NCBI GenBank assembly: GCA_948579355.1
Contig: CAPAOV010000003.1
Span: 72,693-136,692 of the forward strand
Length of the DNA stretch: 64,000 nt
Direction of reading: 5' to 3'
Source of the DNA: an uncultured Eubacterium sp.
GTDB taxonomy: Bacteria > Bacillota > Clostridia > Lachnospirales > Lachnospiraceae
In this document: piece after piece, positions 36,018 to 46,276 of the stretch
How the letters are laid out: every line of letters begins with the position of its first letter
Numbering within the stretch: position 1 is the first letter of the stretch
Program-made: the position numbers and the translations under genes
The notes under the pieces: model-generated
Database searches by the model: none
Told to the model about the DNA's origin: nothing
Seen by the model: only the letters and a program-made list of their open reading frames with translations

Positions 36018-37780
36018 CCTGCCACCTCCTCTTTATCCTTTTGGGAATAATAGATTTCCTGATATGTTTCATTATTCTTTAGCAATTCCTCATGCGTTCC
36101 CTGACCTACAATGCGCCCCTCATCCATGACGATAATGCAATCTGCGCTCTCCACAGAGGAAATACGCTGTGCAATAATTAATTTTGTCGTCTCTTTCAGC
36201 GAAGTTGAAAAACTTTTTCTAATCTCCGCCTCAGTTGCCGTATCTACTGCGCTCGTACTGTCATCCAGTATGAGAATTTTAGGTTTCTTTAACAGCGCTC
36301 TGGCAATACACAGGCGCTGCTTCTGACCGCCGGAAACATTTACGCCGCCCTGACCGAGCTCCCGCTCATAGCCGTCCTCAAAATTCCTTATAAAGCTGTC
36401 TGCCTGAGCCGCTTCCGCCACCTCATAAACTTCTTCATCTGTAGCATGTTCATTCCCCCAACGCAGATTCTCCGCAATACTTCCGGAAAACAATGTATTT
36501 TTCTGCAGCACCATCGCCACGCCGTTGCGCAGGTTTTTCAGAGAGTATTCCTTTACATTGACATCATCGACAAGAACCTCTCCCTCATCGCAGTCATAAA
36601 GACGCGGAATCAACTGTACAAGAGAACTTTTTCCGGAACCCGTGGAACCGATAATTCCTATGACCTCCCCCGGATTTGCCGTAAAAGAAATATTCTGCAA
36701 TACATTTTTCTTATGTTTCTTGAAATAGCGGAAACCGACATTGCGGAACTCTATCTTACCAATCTCAACCGTTCTTTCTTTCTGTGACGCCTCATCGTCA
36801 TTCAAATCAATTTTCGTTTCCAGCACGGCAAGAATACGCTTGGACGAAGCAAGGGCACGGGAACCCTGAATCATTATCATGGACATCATCATCAACGACA
36901 TCAAAATCTGTATCACATATGTAGTAAAAGCCGTCAAATCGCCAACCGGCATATCGCCGACAAGAATCTGCTGCCCGCCAAACCAGACGACAGCTATGAT
37001 TGTGACATTCATCGCCAGCGTCATAATCGGCATCGTCAAAATAACAACCTTTATCGCACGCAGCGTTTTATCTTTCAAATCTTCGCTTGCCTTTTCAAAT
37101 GTCTCTTTTTCAAAATCATCGCGAACAAAAGACTTGACAACTCGCTGGTTCGTAATATTCTCCTGAATACGCGAATTAAGTCCGTCTATCTTTGTCTGCA
37201 TGACATCAAACCTCGGAAATGCCGTTTTCATCACAAGTCCAAGTGAAATAAGCAGCAGCGGAATGACAACGCAGAACACCAGCGCCAGCCGCCAGTTCAT
37301 AACAAATGCCATTATCAGGCCGCCAACAAGCATACCGGGCGCCCTTAGCATCATCCGCAGCGCCATGGCGAGAACATTTTGCAAGTTGGTAATATCGTTC
37401 GTCAGACGCGTCACTAATGAACCTGTAGAAAATTTTTCTATATTAGCAAAAGAGAAGTTCTGTACTTTGCTAAACACATCTTTTCTCAAATCGGCCGCAA
37501 AATTTACCGATGCCTTAATGGCAAAATAAGCCCCCAGAACACCTCCCAGCATCATAAACAACGCCGTCACGAGCATAACCGCCCCGATACCCAGTATATA
37601 TCCGGTACCTTTGGCAGCTACTCCCTCTGCTTCTCCACAGCCATAATTAATTATCATTGACATTAATTTCGGCAAAACAACTTCACCGATAACCTCGACA
37701 ATCATAAAAATCGGCCCTAAGATAAAAGCAGCTTTGTATGGACTTACATATTTTTTATATCGTTTCATACTATTTTTCAC
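36014..37780 (-). CDS. ABC exporter, fused permease/ATPase (half-transporter A)
   Basis: GSTGSGKSS, VSGGQKQR, ILILDDSTS. 4-nt overlap with the partner gene. Confidence 0.9.
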   Translation of the reverse strand: MKNSMKRYKKYVSPYKAAFILGPIFMIVEVIGEVVLPKLMSMIINYGCGEAEGVAAKGTGYILGIGAVMLVTALFMMLGGVLGAYFAIKASVNFAADLRKDVFSKVQNFSFANIEKFSTGSLVTRLTNDITNLQNVLAMALRMMLRAPGMLVGGLIMAFVMNWRLALVFCVVIPLLLISLGLVMKTAFPRFDVMQTKIDGLNSRIQENITNQRVVKSFVRDDFEKETFEKASEDLKDKTLRAIKVVILTMPIMTLAMNVTIIAVVWFGGQQILVGDMPVGDLTAFTTYVIQILMSLMMMSMIMIQGSRALASSKRILAVLETKIDLNDDEASQKERTVEIGKIEFRNVGFRYFKKHKKNVLQNISFTANPGEVIGIIGSTGSGKSSLVQLIPRLYDCDEGEVLVDDVNVKEYSLKNLRNGVAMVLQKNTLFSGSIAENLRWGNEHATDEEVYEVAEAAQADSFIRNFEDGYERELGQGGVNVSGGQKQRLCIARALLKKPKILILDDSTSAVDTATEAEIRKSFSTSLKETTKLIIAQRISSVESADCIIVMDEGRIVGQGTHEELLKNNETYQEIYYSQKDKEEVAG

Positions 37781-38246
37781 GGCTATCTCCTTTCCATCTC
37801 TTTTTCACCATCTGCTCCATATTATTGTACATGCGCTCAAAAAAATCATATAATTGGTGCAACTCTTGCTGCTCAAATCCCTGATACATCTGTTCGTCCA
37901 GTGCATCAAAAAAGCCGCAGCTATCCTCCACCAATTTGCGCCCTTTATCTGTTAATTCCACAAAATTAATGCGGTTATCTTCTTCTTTTGCTGTCTTCTT
38001 AATTAACTCTGCTTTCTTCAATGCTTTCAGCGATACCGCAATTGTCGCCGGCGATACTTCTAAATATTGGGCAAGCTCAACCTGCGATACAAAAGACTTT
38101 TTCGCCAATGTCATAAGCAAACGATGCTGCGCCCGATGAATTCCCGTCCCCTCTAAATTACACTCCAACGTACGCCGATGCATCTGATTTGTTACAATCA
38201 TTTGATGTGTAACTTCTCTCGTTGTCAGGATTTCTTCCCGCTCCAT
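37770..38246 (-). CDS. MarR-family transcriptional regulator
   Basis: wHTH segment HRLLMTLAKKSFVSQVELAQYLEVSPATIAVSLKALKKAELI. Overlaps the exporter start. Confidence 0.85.
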   Translation of the reverse strand: MEREEILTTREVTHQMIVTNQMHRRTLECNLEGTGIHRAQHRLLMTLAKKSFVSQVELAQYLEVSPATIAVSLKALKKAELIKKTAKEEDNRINFVELTDKGRKLVEDSCGFFDALDEQMYQGFEQQELHQLYDFFERMYNNMEQMVKKRWKGDSREK

Positions 38247-38278
38247 TTGTCTGCTCCTTTCCCAAATCGTTTTCTAGC

Positions 38279-38304
38279 AATTAATCATTTAATAATTAAT
38301 CATT
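38279..38304. promoter_or_regulatory. Two direct AATTAATCATT repeats, putative MarR operator
   Basis: Copies at 38279-38289 and 38294-38304, about 35-60 nt upstream of the marR start. Confidence 0.4.
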
Positions 38305-38409
38305 AGCATGTTAATTATATAATTTCTTTTTAAAATGTCAAGTGCCCGACGTAACATTTCACATTTTTTTCATATATTATAGTAATCTATGTCCAAAAAG
38401 AGGATATCT

Positions 38410-39642
38410 ATGGAATTTGGAAAATTAAATATTCAGGTAGTATCAGAGAACACAAATTATCCAATCTCTGACGCCACCGTGCGCATTACTTCGGAAAACG
38501 AACCGGAACGTACGATTGAACAATCCAATACAAATCAGGAAGGTCAGTTAAATGACATTGAACTGGAAGCACCTCCCCTCGAATATAGTATGGAACCGGG
38601 CGCCAACAAACCCTATTCAGAATATACGATTTATATTAGCGCCCCCGGCTTTGAGACGGTAGAAATCAACGGAGCCGAAATATTCTCAGGACAAACCGCC
38701 ATTCAGGAAGCCAGCCTCCTTCCGGTGGCAACCGGCGAACCGAACAGCGCCGAGCTTTTTGTCATCCCCGACCATACCCTATGGGGGGATTATCCGCCGA
38801 AAATTCCTGAAAATGAAATTAAGACTGTGGAGGAAACCGGTGAAATCGTCCTCAGCCGCGTTGTCATACCGGAATATGTCGTTGTCCACAATGGTCCGCC
38901 GTCCGACTCTAGCGCTAAGGACTATTATGTAAAATTTAAAGACTACATCAAAAACGTAGCAAGCAGTGAAATCTATTCGACTTGGCCGGAAGCAACGTTG
39001 CAGGCAAATATCCTTGCCATTCAATCCTTTACACTGAACCGCGTGTATACGGAGTGGTACCGAAACAAAGGCTACGACTTTACGATAACCTCCTCAACGG
39101 CATATGACCACAAGTGGATACCAAATCGTAACATCTTTGATAGCATTTCCCGCGTCGTAGATGAAATTTTCAGCAACTATTTGTCCAGACCAAATGTTGA
39201 GCAGCCCATTCTCACCCAATACTGCGACGGCAAAAATGTAACTTGTCCAAACTGGCTAAGCCAGTGGGGTTCCAAGACGCTTGGCGACCAGGGATACACT
39301 CCTATCGAGATTATACGAAACTACTACGGAGATTCCATGTTTATAAATTCATCAGAAGAAATTTCAGGAATTCCTGCCTCCTATCCCGGCACGCCATTGC
39401 GTCAAGGTGATTCGGGAGAGAAAGTGCGGCAGATGCAGCGTCAGCTCAATGTCATTTCTAACGGATATCCCCTCATTCCTAAAATTGCAGAGGATGGTAT
39501 CTTTGGGCCGGCAACCGAGCAGGCAGTGCGGACTTTCCAAAGGATATTTAATCTGACACAGGACGGTATTGTCGGTTTGCGTACATGGTACAAAATATCA
39601 GAAATTTATGTTGGTGTAAGCCGAATTGCCGAGTTGGTGTAA
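38410..39642 (+). CDS. Peptidoglycan-binding-domain protein (N-terminal carboxypeptidase-regulatory-like fold, C-terminal PG_binding_1)
   Basis: The C-terminus LRQGDSGEKVRQMQRQLN...EDGIFGPATEQAVRTFQRIFNLTQDGIVGLRTW is the classic PG-binding repeat. Confidence 0.7.
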   Translation: MEFGKLNIQVVSENTNYPISDATVRITSENEPERTIEQSNTNQEGQLNDIELEAPPLEYSMEPGANKPYSEYTIYISAPGFETVEINGAEIFSGQTAIQEASLLPVATGEPNSAELFVIPDHTLWGDYPPKIPENEIKTVEETGEIVLSRVVIPEYVVVHNGPPSDSSAKDYYVKFKDYIKNVASSEIYSTWPEATLQANILAIQSFTLNRVYTEWYRNKGYDFTITSSTAYDHKWIPNRNIFDSISRVVDEIFSNYLSRPNVEQPILTQYCDGKNVTCPNWLSQWGSKTLGDQGYTPIEIIRNYYGDSMFINSSEEISGIPASYPGTPLRQGDSGEKVRQMQRQLNVISNGYPLIPKIAEDGIFGPATEQAVRTFQRIFNLTQDGIVGLRTWYKISEIYVGVSRIAELV

Positions 39643-39881
39643 CGATTCAGAAAAAGCAATAAGTCGGTGAAAAGCTTTCTTCCGTACGCGGATGTTCTGC
39701 CCGAAATCGATTTATTGTTTTTTCTTTTTACTAATTATAATGGAAACACCTTTGTATTCATGGTACAATGACAACACATGATTCTTATCTCTTCCCGGCG
39801 TTGGGCTCAAAAAATATTTTGCCCTCCAACGGATTCTTTGGAGCATATGGAGAATACTAACAGAAAGGAAATATACCTTAT

Positions 39882-41072
39882 ATGAAAAAGGAATCGTACT
39901 TTTCTTCCGGCGAATTTGCCAAAATGGCACAGGTAACTTTGCGCACAATACGCTACTATGACCAGCAGAATATATTAAAGCCGTCCTATGTTAATGATTC
40001 CGGCGCACGTTTTTATTCGGAAAAGGATTTTGCCAAACTACAACAAATCCTGTTATTCAAATATCTCGGCTTCTCACTAAAAGAAATCCGTGAGATGACG
40101 CTGGATAATTTTGACTGCCACTTTATGCTCAATTCCCTTGCCATCCAGAAGAAGCTGATTCAGGACCGCATAGAACAGATGCGATTGATTGAGCAGGCCA
40201 TTGAAGATACTGCCTCCACACTGCGCACTGGAAAAGAAGTGGATTGGAATCAGATGAGAGAGCTGATTCATCTGACTGCGGTGGAAAAGAGTCTGAAAAA
40301 TCAATATCAGAACGCTTCTAATATCTCCTCCCGCATTCAATTGCACCATAAATATTCGTTAAATAAGCAGGGCTGGTTTCACTGGCTCTATGAACAGTGC
40401 CGCTTCTGCGGCGGCGAAACCGTATTGGAAATCGGCTGCGGAGACGGCACTCTCTGGACTTCAAATCAAACCCGCCTCCCCGCCTCCCTCTCGGTTACGC
40501 TATCGGATTTATCCGATGGCATGCTGCGCGACGCAAGGCGCAATCTCACGGAAAATAATATCGAGAGCAGGTTTACATTTATTGCCGCCGACGCCGACGC
40601 ATTGCCTTTTGATGACAACAGCTTTGACGTTGTGCTGGCAAACCATGTACTCTTCTATTGCAGCAATATTGCTCAGGTATGTAAGGAAATCAAACGTGTT
40701 TTAAAACCGGACGGCATATTTATTGCCAGCACTTATGGCAGGGCGCATATGCAGGAGATAAGCCGTCTGGTCGCCGACTTTGATTCACGGATTGTTCTGT
40801 CAGCGGACAAGCTCTATGAGCGTTTTGGAAAAGAAAATGGGGGGGCCTATCTGGCGCCTCTCTTTCCGCACACACAGTGGCTGGATTATGAGGACGGACT
40901 CTTTGTCACGGAAGCGGAACCGCTAATCTCGTACATCTTATCCTGTCATGGTAATCAAAATCAATATTTGCTCAACCGATACGGTGATTTCCGCAGTTAT
41001 GTAAGCCAGAAAGTACAACACGGATTTTCTGTCACAAAAGAGGCGGGCATATTTATTGCCAAAAATGATTAG
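39882..41072 (+). CDS. MerR-family regulator fused to a class-I SAM-dependent methyltransferase
   Basis: MerR HTH (FSSGEFAKMAQVTLRTIRYYDQQNIL) plus a coiled coil. SAM motif I VLEIGCGDGT and an FDVVLANHVL region. Confidence 0.85.
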   Translation: MKKESYFSSGEFAKMAQVTLRTIRYYDQQNILKPSYVNDSGARFYSEKDFAKLQQILLFKYLGFSLKEIREMTLDNFDCHFMLNSLAIQKKLIQDRIEQMRLIEQAIEDTASTLRTGKEVDWNQMRELIHLTAVEKSLKNQYQNASNISSRIQLHHKYSLNKQGWFHWLYEQCRFCGGETVLEIGCGDGTLWTSNQTRLPASLSVTLSDLSDGMLRDARRNLTENNIESRFTFIAADADALPFDDNSFDVVLANHVLFYCSNIAQVCKEIKRVLKPDGIFIASTYGRAHMQEISRLVADFDSRIVLSADKLYERFGKENGGAYLAPLFPHTQWLDYEDGLFVTEAEPLISYILSCHGNQNQYLLNRYGDFRSYVSQKVQHGFSVTKEAGIFIAKND

Positions 41073-41095
41073 GATAAAAAAATTTAAAAAAGTTC

Positions 41096-41126
41096 TTGCA
41101 GGTGACGTAACGTCATCTTCTATACT
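41096..41126 (+). promoter_or_regulatory. MerR-type promoter candidate for the rfb operon with a dyad in a 19-bp spacer
   Basis: TTGCAG (41096-41101), 19-nt spacer containing TGACGTAACGTCA (41103-41115), TATACT (41121-41126). Confidence 0.45.
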
Positions 41127-41183
41127 GTCTATAAAACAGAACATCCCTTTGAGGAGAAAACTATTTATTATGGAGGACAAACA

Positions 41184-42080
41184 ATGAAAGGCATCATTTT
41201 AGCCGGCGGGTCGGGTACGCGTCTCTATCCATTAACTACCGTGACAAGTAAACAACTGTTACCTATCTATGACAAACCGATGATATACTATCCGCTATCC
41301 GTGTTAATGAATGCGGGAATACGTGATATTCTCATTATTTCTACACCTCAGGATACGCCGCGATTTGAGGAATTACTAAACGATGGCAGCCGCTTCGGCA
41401 TTCATCTCTCCTATGCGGTGCAGCCAAGTCCAGACGGACTTGCCCAAGCTTTTTTAATCGGTTCTGAGTTTATCAGAAACGACACGGTTGCTATGGTATT
41501 AGGCGATAACATTTTCTCCGGACACGGTCTGAAAAAACGCCTTTTATCTGCTGTCAACAATGCTGAAAGCGGTCATGGCGCTACTGTATTCGGATATTAT
41601 GTAGACGACCCGGAGCGTTTTGGTATTGTAGAATTTGACGCAGAGGGAAAAGCCGTCTCGATTGAGGAAAAACCGGAACATCCAAAGAGCAATTATTGTG
41701 TTACCGGTTTATATTTCTACGATAACCATGTCGTAGAATATGCCCAAAACCTGAAGCCAAGTAAGCGGGGCGAATTGGAAATTACGGATTTGAACAAAAT
41801 TTATTTGGAGCAGGGTGCGCTTAATGTTGAACTTCTTGGGCAGGGATTTACATGGCTTGATACCGGAACACATGAAAGCCTTGTGGACGCCACCAACTTT
41901 GTCAAGACAGTGGAAACCCACCAGCATCGGAAAATCGGTTGTTTAGAGGAAATTGCCTATCTAAATGGCTGGATTCAACGCGAAGATGTTCTCGCCGTAT
42001 ATGAAGTGCTGAAAAAAAATCAGTACGGTAAGTACCTCAAAGATGTTTTGGATGGCAAATATATGGACACACTAAACTAA
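41184..42080 (+). CDS. rfbA: Glucose-1-phosphate thymidylyltransferase
   Basis: [18 protein letters not shown]...[16 protein letters not shown] signature. Confidence 0.95.
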   Translation: MKGIILAGGSGTRLYPLTTVTSKQLLPIYDKPMIYYPLSVLMNAGIRDILIISTPQDTPRFEELLNDGSRFGIHLSYAVQPSPDGLAQAFLIGSEFIRNDTVAMVLGDNIFSGHGLKKRLLSAVNNAESGHGATVFGYYVDDPERFGIVEFDAEGKAVSIEEKPEHPKSNYCVTGLYFYDNHVVEYAQNLKPSKRGELEITDLNKIYLEQGALNVELLGQGFTWLDTGTHESLVDATNFVKTVETHQHRKIGCLEEIAYLNGWIQREDVLAVYEVLKKNQYGKYLKDVLDGKYMDTLN

Positions 42081-42124
42081 CAAATCATCGCTGAACAAAA
42101 GCGTTCTCGAAATGGAGGATTTTT

Positions 42125-43144
42125 ATGACTATTATCGTTACCGGAGGCGCCGGATTTATCGGAAGCAATTTCATCTTTTACATGCTCAAAAAATATCCGG
42201 ATTACCGTATTATCTGCTTAGATTGTCTCACTTATGCGGGAAACATGACGACGCTTGCTCCCATTATGGACAACCCGTCTTTCCGCTTCGTGAAAGAGAG
42301 CATTACAAATCGTGAGGCCGTTTACAAACTGTTTGAAGAGGAGAAGCCGGATATCATCGTAAACTTTGCGGCAGAGAGCCATGTAGACCGCTCCATTGAG
42401 AATCCGGAAGTTTTTCTTGATACCAATATTAAAGGTACTGCCGTCTTGATGGATGCGTGCTGCAAATACGGCATTACCCGCTATCATCAGGTATCCACGG
42501 ACGAGGTATATGGCGACTTACCGCTTGACCGACCGGATGTCTTCTTCACGGAAGAGACGCCAATCCACACGAGCAGCCCCTACAGCTCTTCAAAAGCTGG
42601 CGCCGATTTGCTCGTACTGGCATACCACCGCACTTATAATTTGCCGGTTACTATCAGCCGCTGTTCCAACAATTACGGCCCCTACCATTTTCCGGAAAAA
42701 CTCATTCCGCTAATGATTGCCAATGCACTCAATGATAAGCCTCTGCCTGTTTATGGTACGGGAGAGAACGTCCGTGACTGGCTCTATGTGGAAGACCATT
42801 GCAAAGCCATTGATTTAATTATTCACAATGGACGTGTAGGCGAAGTTTATAACATTGGCGGACATAACGAGATGAGAAATATAGACATTGTCAAAATTAT
42901 ATGCAAAGAACTTAACAAACCGGAAAGTCTGATTACCTATGTCACCGACCGCAAGGGACACGATATGCGCTATGCCATTGACCCCACAAAAATTCATAAA
43001 GAACTTGGATGGCTGCCGGAAACAAGCTTTGCTGATGGAATTAAGAAGACCATCCAGTGGTATCTCGACAATAGAGAATGGTGGGAGACCATTATCTCGG
43101 GAGAGTATCAGGACTACTATGAAAAAATGTACGGCAATCGCTAA
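42125..43144 (+). CDS. rfbB: dTDP-glucose 4,6-dehydratase
   Basis: VTGGAGFIGSNF, STDEVYG, YSSSKA motifs. Confidence 0.95.
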   Translation: MTIIVTGGAGFIGSNFIFYMLKKYPDYRIICLDCLTYAGNMTTLAPIMDNPSFRFVKESITNREAVYKLFEEEKPDIIVNFAAESHVDRSIENPEVFLDTNIKGTAVLMDACCKYGITRYHQVSTDEVYGDLPLDRPDVFFTEETPIHTSSPYSSSKAGADLLVLAYHRTYNLPVTISRCSNNYGPYHFPEKLIPLMIANALNDKPLPVYGTGENVRDWLYVEDHCKAIDLIIHNGRVGEVYNIGGHNEMRNIDIVKIICKELNKPESLITYVTDRKGHDMRYAIDPTKIHKELGWLPETSFADGIKKTIQWYLDNREWWETIISGEYQDYYEKMYGNR

Positions 43145-43168
43145 CCAGCAAAGGAAAGGATGTTGAAC

Positions 43169-44056
43169 ATGAAAGTACTTGTTACCGGCGTCAAAGGACA
43201 ATTAGGACATGACGTAGTAAACGAATTAACGAAGCGCAATCACGAAGCCGTCGGTGTGGATATCGAAGAAATGGACATCACCAATCCGGCAAGCGTGAAC
43301 AAAGTTATTCCCGAGACTTCTCCGGACGCCGTTATCCATTGCGCCGCATGGACAGCCGTTGATGCCGCTGAAGAGAAAGAAAACCGGCAGACTGTTGTGA
43401 AAGTTAATTCTGAGGGAACTCGGACAATTGCCACAGTCTGCAAGGAGCTGGATATTCCGATGATGTATCTCTCCACAGACTATGTGTTCGACGGTCAGGG
43501 CAGTAAACCTTGGAAACCCGACCAGACCGATTATGCCCCGCTCAATGTCTATGGCGAGACAAAACTGGCAGGTGAACAGGCGGTAAGCCAGATTCTTGAT
43601 AAATATTTTATCATACGCATTGCATGGGTATTTGGCACTCATGGAAATAATTTTATCAAAACTATGCTGCGCCTTGGCGCCAATCATGACTTACTAACTG
43701 TCGTAGACGACCAGATTGGTACGCCCACCTACACTTATGATTTGGCACGGCTGCTTGTTGATATGATTGAAACAAAACAATACGGATATTATCACGCGAC
43801 AAATGAGGGCGGTTATATCAGTTGGTATGAATTTGCCTGTGAAATCTTCCGTCAGGCTGCTGCTCTGGGACATAGCTGTTACGATACCAAGCACCTGACC
43901 GTTAAACCGGTTTCTACTGCAGAGTATGGGCTGTCAAAAGCCATACGTCCGTTTAACAGTCGCCTGGATAAACAAAAATTAACGGAAAAGGGATTTAATC
44001 CTCTGCCAACTTGGCAGGATGCTTTAGCGCGTTATTTATCGGAAATTGAAATATAA
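43169..44056 (+). CDS. rfbD: dTDP-4-dehydrorhamnose reductase
   Basis: MKVLVTGVKGQLG..., STDYVFDG, YGETKLAGE. Confidence 0.92.
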   Translation: MKVLVTGVKGQLGHDVVNELTKRNHEAVGVDIEEMDITNPASVNKVIPETSPDAVIHCAAWTAVDAAEEKENRQTVVKVNSEGTRTIATVCKELDIPMMYLSTDYVFDGQGSKPWKPDQTDYAPLNVYGETKLAGEQAVSQILDKYFIIRIAWVFGTHGNNFIKTMLRLGANHDLLTVVDDQIGTPTYTYDLARLLVDMIETKQYGYYHATNEGGYISWYEFACEIFRQAAALGHSCYDTKHLTVKPVSTAEYGLSKAIRPFNSRLDKQKLTEKGFNPLPTWQDALARYLSEIEI

Positions 44057-44073
44057 AAAAATGGAGGATAATT

Positions 44074-44685
44074 ATGGGACAGATACAGGTAGAAAAAAAT
44101 GCCGGCGGCATTGAGGGATTGTGCGTGATTCAGCCTACTGTACATGGCGACGAGCGCGGCTATTTTATGGAGACTTATAATGAAAACGATATGAAAGAGG
44201 CCGGACTCAACCTTACTTTCGTACAGGACAATCAATCCAGTTCCTCAAAAGGAGTGCTTCGCGGCCTCCACTTTCAAAAAAACTATCCACAGGGGAAACT
44301 TGTCCGCGTAATACGCGGTTCCGTCTTCGACGTAGCCGTGGATATTCGTCAGGGCAGTAAAACATATGGAAAATGGTACGGTTTGGAACTGTCAGAAGAG
44401 AATAAGAAACAATTTTATGTTCCGAAAGGATTCGCGCACGGATATCTCGTGCTGAGCGAATGGGCAGAATTTTGTTATAAATGCACCGATTTCTATCATG
44501 CCGGCGACGACGGCGGCCTCACTTGGAACGACCCTGCCATCGGCATTGAATGGCCCGATGTCATCGGTGAATACTCCGGCAGCGGCTCCGCCGCCGGATA
44601 TCAGATGAGCGATGGAACACCCCTCAATATCAACGAACGGGATGAAAACTGGCCCGGATTGTCCGGGCAAAATACGTCTGAATAA
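44074..44685 (+). CDS. rfbC: dTDP-4-dehydrorhamnose 3,5-epimerase
   Basis: HGDERGYF.E...Q.N.S.S.KGVLRGLH.Q pattern. Confidence 0.93.
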   Translation: MGQIQVEKNAGGIEGLCVIQPTVHGDERGYFMETYNENDMKEAGLNLTFVQDNQSSSSKGVLRGLHFQKNYPQGKLVRVIRGSVFDVAVDIRQGSKTYGKWYGLELSEENKKQFYVPKGFAHGYLVLSEWAEFCYKCTDFYHAGDDGGLTWNDPAIGIEWPDVIGEYSGSGSAAGYQMSDGTPLNINERDENWPGLSGQNTSE

Positions 44686-44687
44686 CT

Positions 44688-46253
44688 TTAACTTTCTGAC
44701 ATCGTCCGGAGTAGCGTCTGCACTACCGTGCCCTCTACCCGGGCGCCTCCTTCTGAGGCGTCAATAAATTCTATCGGAAGCTTTTCCTGCTTTGCTCGTG
44801 CTATCCTTCTCTCTATCCATAAACGATAATGATTCAGATTTCGGGAAGTGGGAATTTCATTTCCATCAATATCCGTCACATACAATTCCGATTGAGCCGT
44901 CATATTTTTCTCTTTTAAGCCCTGATGACTGCGCCCGCCGGTAAACGCCAAATCAAGGCCAAGAAAAACGATGCGCCTAACACCCATTTTGATACAAAAA
45001 TCAAGTGCGGTTGTCACTACGGAAGCGCCTGTCTCAAACGTCTGCCAGCCCTGTTTATGCGCAAACTCCTCTGCCGGCTCATATCCCTCCTGACAGAGTA
45101 AGTATTTCTCACCCTCATAATCCCTCGCCAGATACAGATAGGCCGTGCTCAGAAGCAGCAGGGGAATCCGGCTCTGCTGAATACCATTAATCTGCGCATA
45201 AACGGCAGTCTTCGGGTCGGTAATGATGCCATAATCGGGATGGATTTCTTCTTGAATACAGCGGCGCAATGAAGTTCCCACAGTAAGAACCAAATCATTT
45301 TCCCCGCGCTCTTTCAGCAAATGGATATTCTTGTCAAGCGAGGGCCCTCCGGCAATGAGATAGACTGTTTTGCCGGCAAAATTCTCCCGCAGTCTGTCCC
45401 CGCCGTCTGGCACCCGTTTTACATTTTCAGAAAAATTAATTTTCATCAGATTCGACCAGCGATTGGCATTGTCCATCTGCAAAAAGAGTGTCTGCATATT
45501 CTCCCGCAAATGTGTATCCCGAATCGTCGCAAGCGAGGGATGATATAAACATAGCTGCTCCATTTTCTTATATTCTTCTATCTCCTGCGCTTTTCTGACA
45601 AACCGCTCATACCTCGCATCTGCCACAATATGGACATTCTTTCGTTTCTCCAAAATTGGCCACACATCGGAATATTTTTGGCAGATGGATATCAACTCCT
45701 CATCCTCTTCATATACATAGACATGAAGATATGGATATCTGCTGAGACTCTCCACATGATAGCCAAGTCCCAAACCGACTACATGATATACGCTGACTCC
45801 CTCTTTCATCCACCGCTCTGTAAACTGCTCCGCTTCACGAAAAGGATTCAGGTTGGAATGCAAATATTTTCTCTTGCCGTCCACCGCGCGCACAAGCGTA
45901 TACGCCGACACGGAAGTCATTTCTAATTCATATCCCTCTCCCGCCTGCGGCAGCGGTTCTTCCGCTAGCATCTGCTGTGTAACATCCTCCAGCAAACGTA
46001 AGATTCCAGTCTCCATATAGTCTGCTGCCAAAATCCTGTCTCTGTCCTCATATGCCGTCAAAAACAGCGTAAAGCAATCTGTTATCTCCGTCACTACATC
46101 CTGCAATTCCTGACACTGTAACAGAGCTTCTAAAGAAGATATCACAGCAGACAGCAGGTTATCGGATAACGATATCTGCTGTGCGCGAATGTAGTCGCAC
46201 CATCGATAGGCGAATCTGTAAAAATTTTGTAATCTTCTTCGAAACTCTTGCAT
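44688..46253 (-). CDS. DUF115 / motility-accessory-factor (Maf)-type putative nonulosonic-acid glycosyltransferase
   Basis: Central VYLIAGGPSLDKN...TVGTSLR...PDYGIITDP region, typical of the MptE-like/DUF115 fold seen in Maf proteins. Confidence 0.65.
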   Translation of the reverse strand: MQEFRRRLQNFYRFAYRWCDYIRAQQISLSDNLLSAVISSLEALLQCQELQDVVTEITDCFTLFLTAYEDRDRILAADYMETGILRLLEDVTQQMLAEEPLPQAGEGYELEMTSVSAYTLVRAVDGKRKYLHSNLNPFREAEQFTERWMKEGVSVYHVVGLGLGYHVESLSRYPYLHVYVYEEDEELISICQKYSDVWPILEKRKNVHIVADARYERFVRKAQEIEEYKKMEQLCLYHPSLATIRDTHLRENMQTLFLQMDNANRWSNLMKINFSENVKRVPDGGDRLRENFAGKTVYLIAGGPSLDKNIHLLKERGENDLVLTVGTSLRRCIQEEIHPDYGIITDPKTAVYAQINGIQQSRIPLLLLSTAYLYLARDYEGEKYLLCQEGYEPAEEFAHKQGWQTFETGASVVTTALDFCIKMGVRRIVFLGLDLAFTGGRSHQGLKEKNMTAQSELYVTDIDGNEIPTSRNLNHYRLWIERRIARAKQEKLPIEFIDASEGGARVEGTVVQTLLRTMSES

Positions 46254-46276
46254 ATTTAATCCTCATTTCTGTTCTG

